Assembly: GCF_001194135.2 (NCBI RefSeq)
Contig: NC_068985.1
Location: 24,658,653-24,722,652, forward strand
DNA: 64,000 bases
DNA from: Octopus bimaculoides
Lineage: Eukaryota
Direction: 5' to 3'
Position numbers and translations under genes: made by a program. Shown here in pieces: positions 52,781 to 64,000 of this stretch. The notes beneath the pieces were generated by a model. That model was not told the origin of the DNA, did not search any database, and worked only from the letters and a program-made list of their open reading frames with translations. How positions within the stretch are numbered: position 1 is the stretch's first letter; the number at the start of each line of letters is the position of its first letter.

Positions 52781-55700
52781 CTGGAGAAAACCAATTAAAA
52801 AAAAAATGGCAAGGACCAAATTGGATAAGGAGAACACACAAAAAATTAAAAAAAAGATTATAACAAAAATTAATTAAACATTGCAAGATAATTTAAGATG
52901 CAACATACAAACAGGTGTGTATAAAATTAATGGTGAAATTGTTAATATTATTTAAATCATAATATTGGGTTTAGCTGGATAAAGGAATTTTAGAAATAAA
53001 TAATGCTATTGCAGAAAACATGCTTGGATGGAATATCAAAAATTAAATATCACAATACCATATAAGGGCAATTAAGGAATATAAAATAATCAGGTATAAT
53101 CGGTGGTGCATTTGCCATGCACTAGTGTCTAACAAAATGTATCTGTGTGCACTGCAGGTATATTTTTAAATACAGGCATGGAATAGATGTGTGGGTAAGA
53201 AATTCATTTCCTACTCATGTGGCTTCAGGTTTGCTTCAGGCCAACCAAAGTTCTGTGTGGATTTGGTAGTCAGGAACTAAATAAGCCCATCACATATGTA
53301 TGTATGTATGGATGGAGGGATGGATGTGTGTGTGCAGATGCTAAATCTACATTAAACCTTGAGTGTCTTGAAAAATGTGTTATTCATAATTTTGTAAAAC
53401 ACAAGTAGGATTCATAAAGGATTTTCTATATTTTTTAAAATAATTTTTTAAACTTTAAAACAATTTTTAAAATTTCCCAAGTGAAATGAAAGTAATTTTT
53501 ATGTTTAATCTCCAATGCGTTACAAAGTCAAAAAGATATACAGAACCACTGATTTAGTGTGTGTTCCAACAATAGTTTCCAATACTGTTCTATAGATTTC
53601 ATATCTCCTTATGATATTCATAAACACAGCATATTTAAATCAACTACAGAGCTTCTATACTGTCATTTAATATGTTCCATACAGCAACCCAATCTCTTTA
53701 TTGTCTTTGTTCCTATTTTGAAACTGCTGCTCTTCATTTTCAACAATGTTTTATTGAGTCCTCCCCACATGTTTTTTATATGGCAAACATACATTTAAAA
53801 ATGGCATATCTTAAAATGAGTTAATGTATGATCCCACAACATATTGCTGTAGTAACTTCAACTGTATCCTTTCCCACAGATGAGACAGCCATAGTAGGAG
53901 ACCCTGATTAAACACATAGATCTTTTGATTCTCCCCCCAACTTAATGAAGCTTATGTTGTCAAAACTACTTAACAGTGACAAGATTATGGTAATCTATCA
54001 TTTAAATATTTAGCATTTATAATTATAAAACAATGTTAACTTCTACCTTATTATAATGTTTACAACAGCCTGTTTCATTTACCTTAATATAACTGCCAGG
54101 GCAACATTTTTTTCCATAACGTAAATTATTTACACATTTTATCATTTGCTGATTTTAAACAGAAGATTTAACACAAAACCTTTTTATACTCCTATAACCC
54201 TATTGATTTGTTTGGGCATCAATCAAACTTCAGGAAGGATAGGTGATCTTTTTTTCAAGGGAACGGTATGTGAAGCCATGCAAACTGCAGCCATAGGAGA
54301 GATGAGTATTGTTCAACCACTGGTCACAATGTGCTTCCAATTCTGTTTTGATTGAGATACTCTTTTCCATCTTGATCCAAATTACCAATGGGAATACAAA
54401 TACAGTTTATAAATCATCAAACAACTTTGTGGCAGCAAGATCTGCCAGTTTTCTCCCAACAGAGACAAAGATGGCACTATAATAACAAATAAACAAAATC
54501 AAGTAGAAGGACAAGTCCAACACTTCTAGGAAGTGATAAACTATCTTCAGCCAAACAAGCTCGCTAACTCTCGACCAACAGTAGATGTGCTTAGCATCAA
54601 CATTAGTCTATCTATTGGGTCATCTCTTAAATAATGCGTTTTTTTTTCAATTGCATGAACTAAAAGTCAGAGGGGGACAGGATAAACTACCTGCATCAAC
54701 TTACTATAAAAGCAGGTAGTAATTTTACCTTGTCCTTGTTCTTAGTGCAAGTTTGTGTTGGTCTTATTATGACCTTATCAGCAAAGCGTATACTTTACTG
54801 TACTTGCTAAAGAACCAATGAATGAATCATTATGCAAATGTAGAAGATTGTACACTGGGTGGTATAGGAAAATAGAATTGTTTTATCTTTTACTTGCTTC
54901 AGTCATTGGACTGTGGCTATACTGGAGCACCACCTTGAAGGGTTTAGTCAAGCAAATCAATGCCTGTTTATACTTTTTTAAGCCTGGTAGATATTCTATC
55001 AGTTGCTTTTAATGAACTTCTAGGTTACTGGGACGTAAACAAACCAGTACTGGCTGTCAAGCAGGGGAGGGGAAAACACAATCACAGTCATACACATACA
55101 CACACGATGGGCTTCTTTGAGTTTCTGTCTACCTAGTCCACTCACAAGACTTTGGTCAGCCTGGGGCTATAAAAGAAGACACTTGTCCAAGGTGCCACAC
55201 AGTGGGACTGAACCCAAGACCACATGGTTGGGAAGCAAGTTCTTTAACCACACGGCCACATCCACACCTGTATAGAAAATATTTCGTTCAAAGATCTGGT
55301 GTACATAATACAGTTCTTCAAGAATAGATTCACATCATCTTTTGTCATTTATTTCAAAATAAAATTACAGTGAACAAACAATAAAATTCAAGATAGTTGA
55401 CTTCATCTGATGAGGATTTTTAAGCCCGACCTGCTCATAAAAGCAAACATCACTCAATATTGAATATGGAAAAAATATTATTTTTAAAAATAAAGAAATT
55501 GATATATCATTCAATAAAAGGCTATCAGAAAACTTCACTCAAGAACCCATAAATAGGACATTGCGTGCATGTCAAAGTGCACAAGTTAAATAAATTAAGA
55601 TACTTGGCTATTATCTAAATATTATGTGTTCATATCTATCTACATGCTCTAGAGTGTTTGCTAAGTTAAAAATATCTCTATAATCAATTTGTATAGCAGC

Positions 55701-57669
55701 TTAATTGCATAGCTAAACATTAGCAATAAACTTAAATCTTCGTTACCTCCCTTCTAATTCTAATGAACAATAGTTTATACAAATAATTTGAGAAGGAAAT
55801 TTGAAATTTAAATAGCAAACAATTTCATATAATACACTATTATGTGAATTTATGTATGAGGTCATAAGATAAGTGAGGAACAGATGAGTTGAATGAAAGG
55901 AAAAAGAAACAGATGTTGAATGCTTTTAAAAGATTTCTATGGAGAAACAGGTAACAATAAAAGCAAACATTACTGAAGACATATTAAATGACAGTATAGA
56001 AGCTCTGTAGTTGATTTAAATATGCTGTGTTTATGAATATCATAAGGAGATATGAAATCTATAGATATAAAGGTTTAAATTTGAAATACAGTTAGCTGTA
56101 AGAGTAAGGAATAACAAACAGAAGAGCAGAGAGAATGTCAACGAAGGAACAGTAAACTATTAATAGATAAAGAGAGAGAAAAATAAGGTGATATTGCATA
56201 AAGAGAATATCAGTATAAAAACTGTGATGTAGTGATGCAAGCAGATGAAAGATGCAGTTAGAAAATTGCCTTGAAAGATATATAAATAGAATAGGCAAAG
56301 AAAAGAAGTAACAGTAGAAAGATCAGCATTGATTTAAGAACTAAAATCTATCTCTCACATGGCCAAAAATGTTGGTTTGTTATATGAGAAATATTCATGA
56401 TTTTCAAATAAAATCATGAAGTCTTTTGATTCACTCTCCATAAATTATCCAAGGAACAATCAGTTCTCTTCTAACAGTGGACTATGGTACCTTAGAACTC
56501 ACTACAATGAGAACCATAAATAACTTAACCATAAAGCCAAAATATTTAAAACCAATCTCCCTACTTGACTAGTAGTTTAGTTTTTATTCTTTCTGTGGTC
56601 AAATAAACTAGAGACTTGGCAGAATTTGAACTGGTAACTCACTGGCAGACTATAACATTAATCACACATCTCAGTAACACACACATTTATATCACATACT
56701 AAAAACTTAAATTTTAAGTTTTTTTTCTTATTCTTTAAATCCTCAAAAATAAAAGTTCATAATTTCTTTGCTTTATTCCTAATATAATTTTTAAACTGTT
56801 TTTTATTCATTTTTGATCTGTTTCATAACAGAAAATATAAAATTGGGATAAACAGGTAAAACATTGGCTCCTTAATTAGACAATGATTTGGATGAAGTTC
56901 AGAAAATGAAAAGGTCATTTTGAAATGCACGAGAAAATATGTTAATCTCTCATCTCACAGTTGAGTGGGTCATTCTTGGATGGACCTCTAGCAGTGCAAT
57001 ACAGGGTCCAACAAATACTGCATGCAAATATCCAAATTTTCAAAACTATCTAACTAATGCTGGTAAAGGGTATAGAAAAGGGTAAACAGATATTAAATTA
57101 TCAATAAAAAAGTATTTAAATTTTTGACATTCAAACAAACTGAATCTTATTTATATGCACCCCTCAAGTATCCTTCAAATGTTGGGCAATATGCTAAGCT
57201 TGAGAAGACCTGTCAAACCAAGTGAAATCATAGTTGTGGCCAATACCAGTGTCGTCTGACTGGCACCCATGCCAGTGACATGTAAAAAGCACCATTCAAG
57301 TATTGGGCCTCATGGAGACAGTAACATGTGACCAAGTCCTTTGGCAATACACCGTGCTTGTGTAGACCTGTCAAGCCAAGTGAGATCGTAGCAGTGGCCA
57401 ATGCCAGTGTCACGTCAATGGCACCCGTGAAGAGCATCTAGATGTAGAAACTTTACCAAATCAGATTGGAACCTGGTGCAGCTCCCCAGCTTACCAGTTT
57501 TCAGTTGAACCATCCAACCCATACCAGTGTGGAAAGTGGATATTAAACGGTGGATGTTAAACTCTGAGTAACAGCTTTTGTTATATTTCTGCTGCTTTTA
57601 AATAAAGCATATTACTCTACCTCTGGTATTTGAGTACTCTTTTTTCCACCTTGGTTCACATTTATGTGC

Positions 57670-58005
57670 TTACTCCGGTATATCAAATTTCTCTATTAGG
57701 ATATCCCTAAATCTATGACCATATGAAGGGTGCTTAAGCTTCCAAGTCCTTCTTTTCCAGATTGGTTTGCTTCTTAGCATCCTTCTGGTTGTGCGTCTAA
57801 AGTCACTAATTACTAGTCTATGCTGGGGGGGTTCATTCTTCACAAGTGAGGGTCTTTGCATTTAGGAGCAACCATGCATCCCGCTGTCTGGTGAAAATGT
57901 AATCGATACAGCTAGCATAGTCACCTAATTGGTAGCTTATCAGGTGGCTGGCTGGCTTCCTGAAGTTGGTGTTGCAGATAAATAGGTTAATCGCATCACA
58001 GAACT
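57670..58005 (-). mobile_element. RTE-like LINE APE endonuclease C-terminal fragment
   Basis: NLFICNTNFRKPASHLISYQLGDYASCIDYIF...EE-(frameshift)-PQHRLVISDF...WKLKHP. Confidence 0.85.
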
Positions 58006-58041
<36 letters not shown>

Positions 58042-58285
58042 TCATCATCATCATTGTTTAATGTCCGCTTTCCATGCTAGCATGGGTTGGACGATTTGAC
58101 TGGGGACTGGTGAAACCGGATGGCAACACCAGGCTCCAGTCTGATTTGGCAGAGTTTCTACAGCTGGATGCCCTTCCTAACGCCAAAATCATCATCATCA
58201 TTGTTTAATGTCCGCTTTCCATGCTAGCAGGGGTTGGACGATTTGACTGAGGACTGGTGAACCGGATGACTGCACCAGGCTCCAA

Positions 58286-58320
<35 letters not shown>

Positions 58321-59017
58321 CATATAATATAATTTTTCGACCAATTTTTATGAAGGCAAAGCAGAGCTACAGCCCAGTATGCTTTAGATATTTTATTAAG
58401 ACTGTATGTACTGAAAAAGAAAAGGTATCAATCAGTGCATAAAGAATGATACTAAAACCAGTCACTAGCATCTCTGCTAGTCTATCTCATACTTCTCATT
58501 AAAAAATAATTTCAAGGTAACTTCCATGATAACATGCGAGTTTTTAAATTTGACATTTGAAATTTCAATAAATTTTCACTACTACATGCTATGCTACTTG
58601 GTCTATAAGTTATTATAATAAAGCAGAATAAAACTGGAGACAAATTCAGCTTCTGTTTTATTGAATCTTTGTTTTTAAAACTATTTTAGGGCCTGATTTT
58701 CTTCATTGGAGTCATAAGTAATTTAGAGTTTATCTCTAAAATTGCAGCATTAGTTATTTTATCACCATTGAAATAATTTACAGCTGAGAAGTACAGAACT
58801 GCTACATTATGTTAGGTATCTTATGCAGTGTTGAGAAATAGAAAGTGCATTGAACGTGTGCAGGGGAAGAAAAATGTGTAGATCGGATATAAAGAAGAAA
58901 CAGAAGAAAAATAGACCTAGACATTCTGTTTTCTAGGTATTTTTATTGAACTGTTTGATTCTTTAAGCCAGTGGTTTCCAAATTGTTTTTTGCTCACATA
59001 CATACATACATACATAT

Positions 59018-59096
<79 letters not shown>

Positions 59097-59876
59097 CACA
59101 CACACACACACATATACATAACTTTAGACTAAAATAAAAATATCTTACTACACTTAGTGCTTAAATTCAGAAAATGTATTAAAAATGATTCTTTTTTCAT
59201 AACATTTTAGCATATAAATATGGTTTTAAATTTGGAGACAGGGTCAGCACTTTTAGTGGGAGGGTGTTAATCAATTACACTGACCCCAGTACTTCACTGG
59301 TACTTTATCTTATCAACCCCATAAAGATGAAAGGTGAAGTTGACCTCAGTAGGACTTGAACTCAGAATATAAGGAATCAGAAGAAATACCACTAAGCATT
59401 TTGTCCAAGATGCTAACAATTCTGCCACCTCTTAAACTACAGAAATTTATTAAATGCTCAACGTTTTATTATTCAATTTAATCAATGAGATGTGTTAGGA
59501 CAATGTTTCAACATATTTACGATAAACATGCTCTTATTTCATCATCATTTCAATTAATCATTTCCCCACAGCTCAGCATCTCATGTTAGTGAGTTAAGAA
59601 AAGATTATATATTTAGAATTTCAGTTCATATTTTTCACATTTTCAAAAATAGAATTTAATTGTTGCTGCAGAACACCTTGGTAGGCCTAATGGTATGCCA
59701 TAAGGTACCATTTGGAAACCACTGTTCAAAGCCTTTAAATTGCACCAAAATATTGTTTTTTGTTTGTTTTTTTAACAAGACACAAGGCCAAAATTTGTAA
59801 AGGAGAAAAGAGAGTATAGTTAACTGAATCAACCCTCAGGTATACTATTGCACTTACTTAAAGAAGGCAATCTTAC

Positions 59877-59949
59877 CTTTCATATTGACACCAGTTTTGA
59901 GCAAATATCCTTCATAGTTGACCCCGTTGCGTTTGGAAGACAATGCTAA
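59877..59949 (-). CDS. ARAP: ARAP exon LALSSKRNGVNYEGYLLKTGVNMK (PH3 start)
   Basis: ttacag/gtaaga, 73 nt, phase 0 to 1; GYLLKT PH beta-1 motif. Confidence 0.9.
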
Positions 59950-61182
59950 CTGTAATTAATGAAAAAGTAGGTATATATGACTTAAAACATTCCACATACA
60001 TTTCAGTAATACTAATGATAGAAAATAAAAAGACTTTAACCCTTTAACATTTAAACCAGTCATATCTGGCCAAAATATTCTGCCTCTCTTTTATGTCGAA
60101 ACTGGCCAGATCTGGCCCCTCACACCTTCTATACAATGCTATTCTAAAAAAAAGCAATAGCATCAAAAAAATTTTGATACTCTTTTACTCTTTTACTTGT
60201 TTCAGTCATTTGACTGTGGCCATGCTGGAGCACCGCCTTTAGTCAAGTAAATCGACCCCAGGACTTATTCTTTGTAAGCCTAGTACTTATTCGATCGGTC
60301 TCTTTTTGCCGAACCGCTAAGTTACGGGAATGTAAACACACCACCATCGGTTGTCAAGCGATGTTGGAGGGACAAACATACACACACACACATATATATA
60401 TATATTTATATACGATGGGCTTCTTTCAGTTTCGGTCTACCAAATCCACTCACAAGGCTTTGGTCGGCCCGAGATTATAGTAGAAGACACTTGCCCAAGG
60501 TGCCACGCAGTGAGACTGAACCCAGAACCATGTGGTTCGTAAGCAAGCTACTTACCACACAGCCACTCCTACGCCTGATTAATTCAAAACAATGTGAATA
60601 AATATGCATTACATTTGACAAAGTAACCTGAATACTAAACAGTTAAATGACTAACATAAAATGTTACATTTTACTATTGACCATACATATTTGGTTTCAA
60701 ATTTTGGCACAAGGCTGGCCAACTTTGTGGGGAGTTGGGTAAGCCAATTACATCAACCCCAGTATTCAACTGGTACTTATTTTATCAACGCAAGAAGGAA
60801 GACAGGCAAAGTCAACCACTGCAGAATTTGAATTCAGAACATAAAGGCAGATGACATGCTGCTAAGCCCAGGGCACTATCAATTCTTCCAACGGCATTCT
60901 GTCTGTCATTATGTTTTGAGTTCAAATCCCACCAAGGCTGATTCTGCCTTTCATCCTTTCATGATAAATAAAATAAGGGGTTAACATAACTGATTTACCC
61001 CCAATTGCTGGCCTTGTGCCAAAATTTGAAACCAATATATAATTTTTTTTCTAAGAATTGGAAATATTTATCTTGCATCTTTTACATGTTTCAGCTACTG
61101 GACTGCAGCCATGCTGGGGCACTGCCTCGCAGGAATTGGTAAAACAAATCAACCCTGGTTCTCAAGCAGTGATGAAGACAAA

Positions 61183-61225
<43 letters not shown>

Positions 61226-61880
61226 NNNNNNNNNNNNNNNNNNNNNNNNNNNNNNNNNNNNNNNNNNNNNNNNNNNNNNNNNNNNNNNNNNNNNNNNNNN
61301 NNNNNNNNNNNNNNNNNNNNNNNNNNNNNNNNNNNNNNNNNNNNNNNNNNNNNNNNNNNNNNNNNNNNNNNNNNNNNNNNNNNNNNNNNNNNNNNNNNNN
61401 NNNNNNNNNNNNNNNNNNNNNNNNNNNNNNNNNNNNNNNNNNNNNNNNNNNNNNNNNNNNNNNNNNNNNNNNNNNNNNNNNNNNNNNNNNNNNNNNNNNN
61501 NNNNNNNNNNNNNNNNNNNNNNNNNNNNNNNNNNNNNNNNNNNNNNNNNNNNNNNNNNNNNNNNNNNNNNNNNNNNNNNNNNNNNNNNNNNNNNNNNNNN
61601 NNNNNNNNNNNNNNNNNNNNNNNNNNNNNNNNNNNNNNNNNNNNNNNNNNNNNNNNNNNNNNNNNNNNNNNNNNNNNNNNNNNNNNNNNNNNNNNNNNNN
61701 NNNNNNNNNNNNNNNNNNNNNNNNNNNNNNNNNNNNNNNNNNNNNNNNNNNNNNNNNNNNNNNNNNNNNNNNNNNNNNNNNNNNNNNNNNNNNNNNNNNN
61801 NNNNNNNNNNNNNNNNNNNNNNNNNNNNNNNNNNNNNNNNNNNNNNNNNNNNNNNNNNNNNNNNNNNNNNNNNNNNNNNN

Positions 61881-61916
<36 letters not shown>

Positions 61917-63124
61917 GATGAGGGAAATGAAAAATGGATTTGGTATGAATTTTTATTGAACACGACAATCATTTTGACTCGTCTTGCAGCTGTCTCTTAT
62001 GGGTATTGCGCATCTAGTTGTGTTGCATCAATCAATGCAGTCTGTATTACCTCAGGTGTTTGGTGTAAAAAGATATCCTGTTACATATACTGAATTCCAC
62101 TTGGCATGTTGTATTCGCTTGTAGTATGTGAGTACACTGACATAGATCCAGTGAAAACTATACCTGACATCAGGTAGCCTAAAGAGTGAATATGCTTTGA
62201 CTGATATACTACTAGACATATACCCGAGTCCAAATAATTACTGTGTATATGTATATATGTGTATATANNNNNNNNNNATTATATCTCAAATTAAAATAAT
62301 GAATGATTCAAATTATACTAAAAGAAGGTCAAAGGCAAGACATATTTTGTTTCTTTATTTCATATGCAAATTTGGCAATATAAATACCCACCCCACTGAC
62401 AATTTCTTTGAAGCCTATTGGGATATGCTCACTTGGAAACCTAACTATGCAGCCTATTGAAGACAGCCACATTCTCAAATATCCTCAATATAAAAATCCT
62501 TCTTGCCTACCTACAGCGCAAAAGCAACTATCAGGCAGAGTGGTCAATAGCCGTCAAAAGAAGTATTGTCAAACAAGTTTTTCATCATCAAATTGGTGTA
62601 TAATCTTTTTATATATTCAACTCCTCTAAAGAAACATTATCTTTCCAGTAATATAAAAAATTCAATTACAGTATTTTTTGGTATACAAACTGAATTTTTC
62701 AAACCAGAATTTACAGCCCAAAACATAGTTTGTAGGTCAAGATAACTTTGGAGAGCCAAACATTCCATGTGAAATGCATCAGGATCTGAAAAAGAGGTGA
62801 TGTTGTTTCCATGTTTACACTACATATTTTATACTATATACCAGTTATATGCCAGAAAATACAGTACTCTTTACTCTTTTACTGCACAAAGTAGTAGTAG
62901 TAATAGTAGTGGTAGTAGTCGTTGTTGTTGTTGTTATGGTGGTGGTGGTGGTGGTGGTGGTGGCAGCAGCAGTGTTGTTTCAGAAATTCTGTCTTATATG
63001 AAATTTAACAGTGTCTATTACTGTTGAATAGTTTCTTTAGTTATCTTTCTCTATAAACCTAATTAGTTTCAATGAGCAATCATAAATAAAGAACATACAT
63101 ATATATATATTTAAAAGTGTTTAC

Positions 63125-63159
63125 CTCATCGCCTGATTCCTGTTGTGAACTCATCTTTC
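63125..63159 (-). CDS. ARAP: ARAP exon (G)KMSSQQESGDE, linker before PH3
   Basis: ttttttcag acceptor, gtaaac donor, 35 nt, ends phase 0; peptide itself not diagnostic. Confidence 0.7.
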
Positions 63160-63784
63160 CTGAAAAAAGTTTGAAAAAAAAAAAAAAGATTTTTAAAAAA
63201 ATTAGAATTTGAAACAAATAAAAACACTGACGATGAAACTTAGTTTATTACTTGTCCCAAATTAAATACTAAATATGTTTGTTTTGCAATTTTAACTGCT
63301 GCTTTACTCTCAATAAATATTTCGCTTTAAAAATATTTCTGAAGAATGAAATTATTTTAAAGACAAATTATGCAAATTTCACAAAATTTCACACAAAATA
63401 CCAAGGCTAAATTAAGTGATAGGATTATGCATCATTACCATCATGTTCTTGTGACTGGTGCAGCTTGAAAACATGCTAAATCTTGATGCTTTGGCACTCA
63501 CCAACTGCCTCTGATCTTTGTCACATTGGGTGATGTATGTGCATGTACACATACTCTACGCATTTGTAGCAAGTGCTATTTTGATACTGTTATCAAACTT
63601 GATTATGTTATGATGGATATATCTGAATATATCTTTATCTCTAACTTAACAAGGATGTGTTATTAGAACATTGAATACGGCATTATTAGCCTCGAGAGAC
63701 CTTCTCATACAGGAACTTGGTGCATAAAAGCACACACACAAATCATAGCCGACAGGAAGCATCTGTTATGGGGGAGCTGTAATT

Positions 63785-63822
63785 CATATCACATGATTTT
63801 AGTCTATTGGACCTCATCAGTG
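63785..63822 (-). ncRNA. Degenerate type I hammerhead motif (G12A)
   Basis: Minus strand: ca-CUGAUGA-GGUC(caaua)GACU-AAAAUC(AUGU)GAUA/ug. Helix III arrangement like the 27576 copy. Confidence 0.5.
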
Positions 63823-63847
63823 GGAGGTGTCAATGATCGTATTCCAG

Positions 63848-63957
63848 GAAAACAGCAGAAAGATTGGGTATTTTGCCCTTATATGATGGAAAAAGTTGTC
63901 TGCTGACAACATTTTCCATCATGTATGGGTAAAATATCCAATCTTTCTGCTGTTTTC
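63848..63957. repeat. 110-nt hairpin, 53-bp arms with 5 mismatches, 4-nt loop
   Basis: gaaaacagcagaaagattgg...gttgtc-tgct-gacaac...ccaatctttctgctgttttc. Confidence 0.9.
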
Positions 63958-64000
63958 ATGGCTATACTGCGTTCGAAATATTACTATCTTGTCTGTATTA

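Noticed and set aside
55405-55435. CTGATGAGG as a hammerhead
   Set aside because: No downstream GAAA or consistent helices.
63438-63474. Possible 37-nt upstream exon (HVFKLHQSQEHD)
   Set aside because: Phase fits, but the acceptor lacks a polypyrimidine tract and the peptide is uninformative.

Overview
AT-rich, microsatellite- and SINE-dense animal genomic DNA with several N gaps. The repeat families look like those of an octopod cephalopod (Octopus); this is recognition from memory, not verified. One protein-coding gene dominates. On the minus strand I traced 25 small GT-AG exons (63159 to 17289, 2015 nt, all phase-compatible, about 671 aa without a stop) encoding the C-terminal half of an ARAP-family (centaurin-delta) protein: PH3-PH4-RhoGAP-RA-PH5. 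The 5' part of the gene lies beyond the window and the terminal exon was not identified with confidence. The remainder is decayed mobile DNA: RTE-clade LINE fragments (one with three C2H2 fingers), two R4/Dong-type fragments in (TAA)n, a deleted Tc1/mariner, pogo/Tigger- and piggyBac-like MITEs, a probable Helitron and four SINE families. The least expected signal is a set of five minimal type I hammerhead-ribozyme motifs with palindromic (or CpG-decayed palindromic) helix III loops, of Penelope-like/retrozyme type. Two form a tandem pair in an ARAP intron, and the second is interrupted at its cleavage site by a perfect 96-bp inverted duplication. Several long intronic fold-backs and an apparent CpG-decay contrast between gene body and flank are also noted. 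Exon and ribozyme coordinates were counted by hand; repeat boundaries are approximate.
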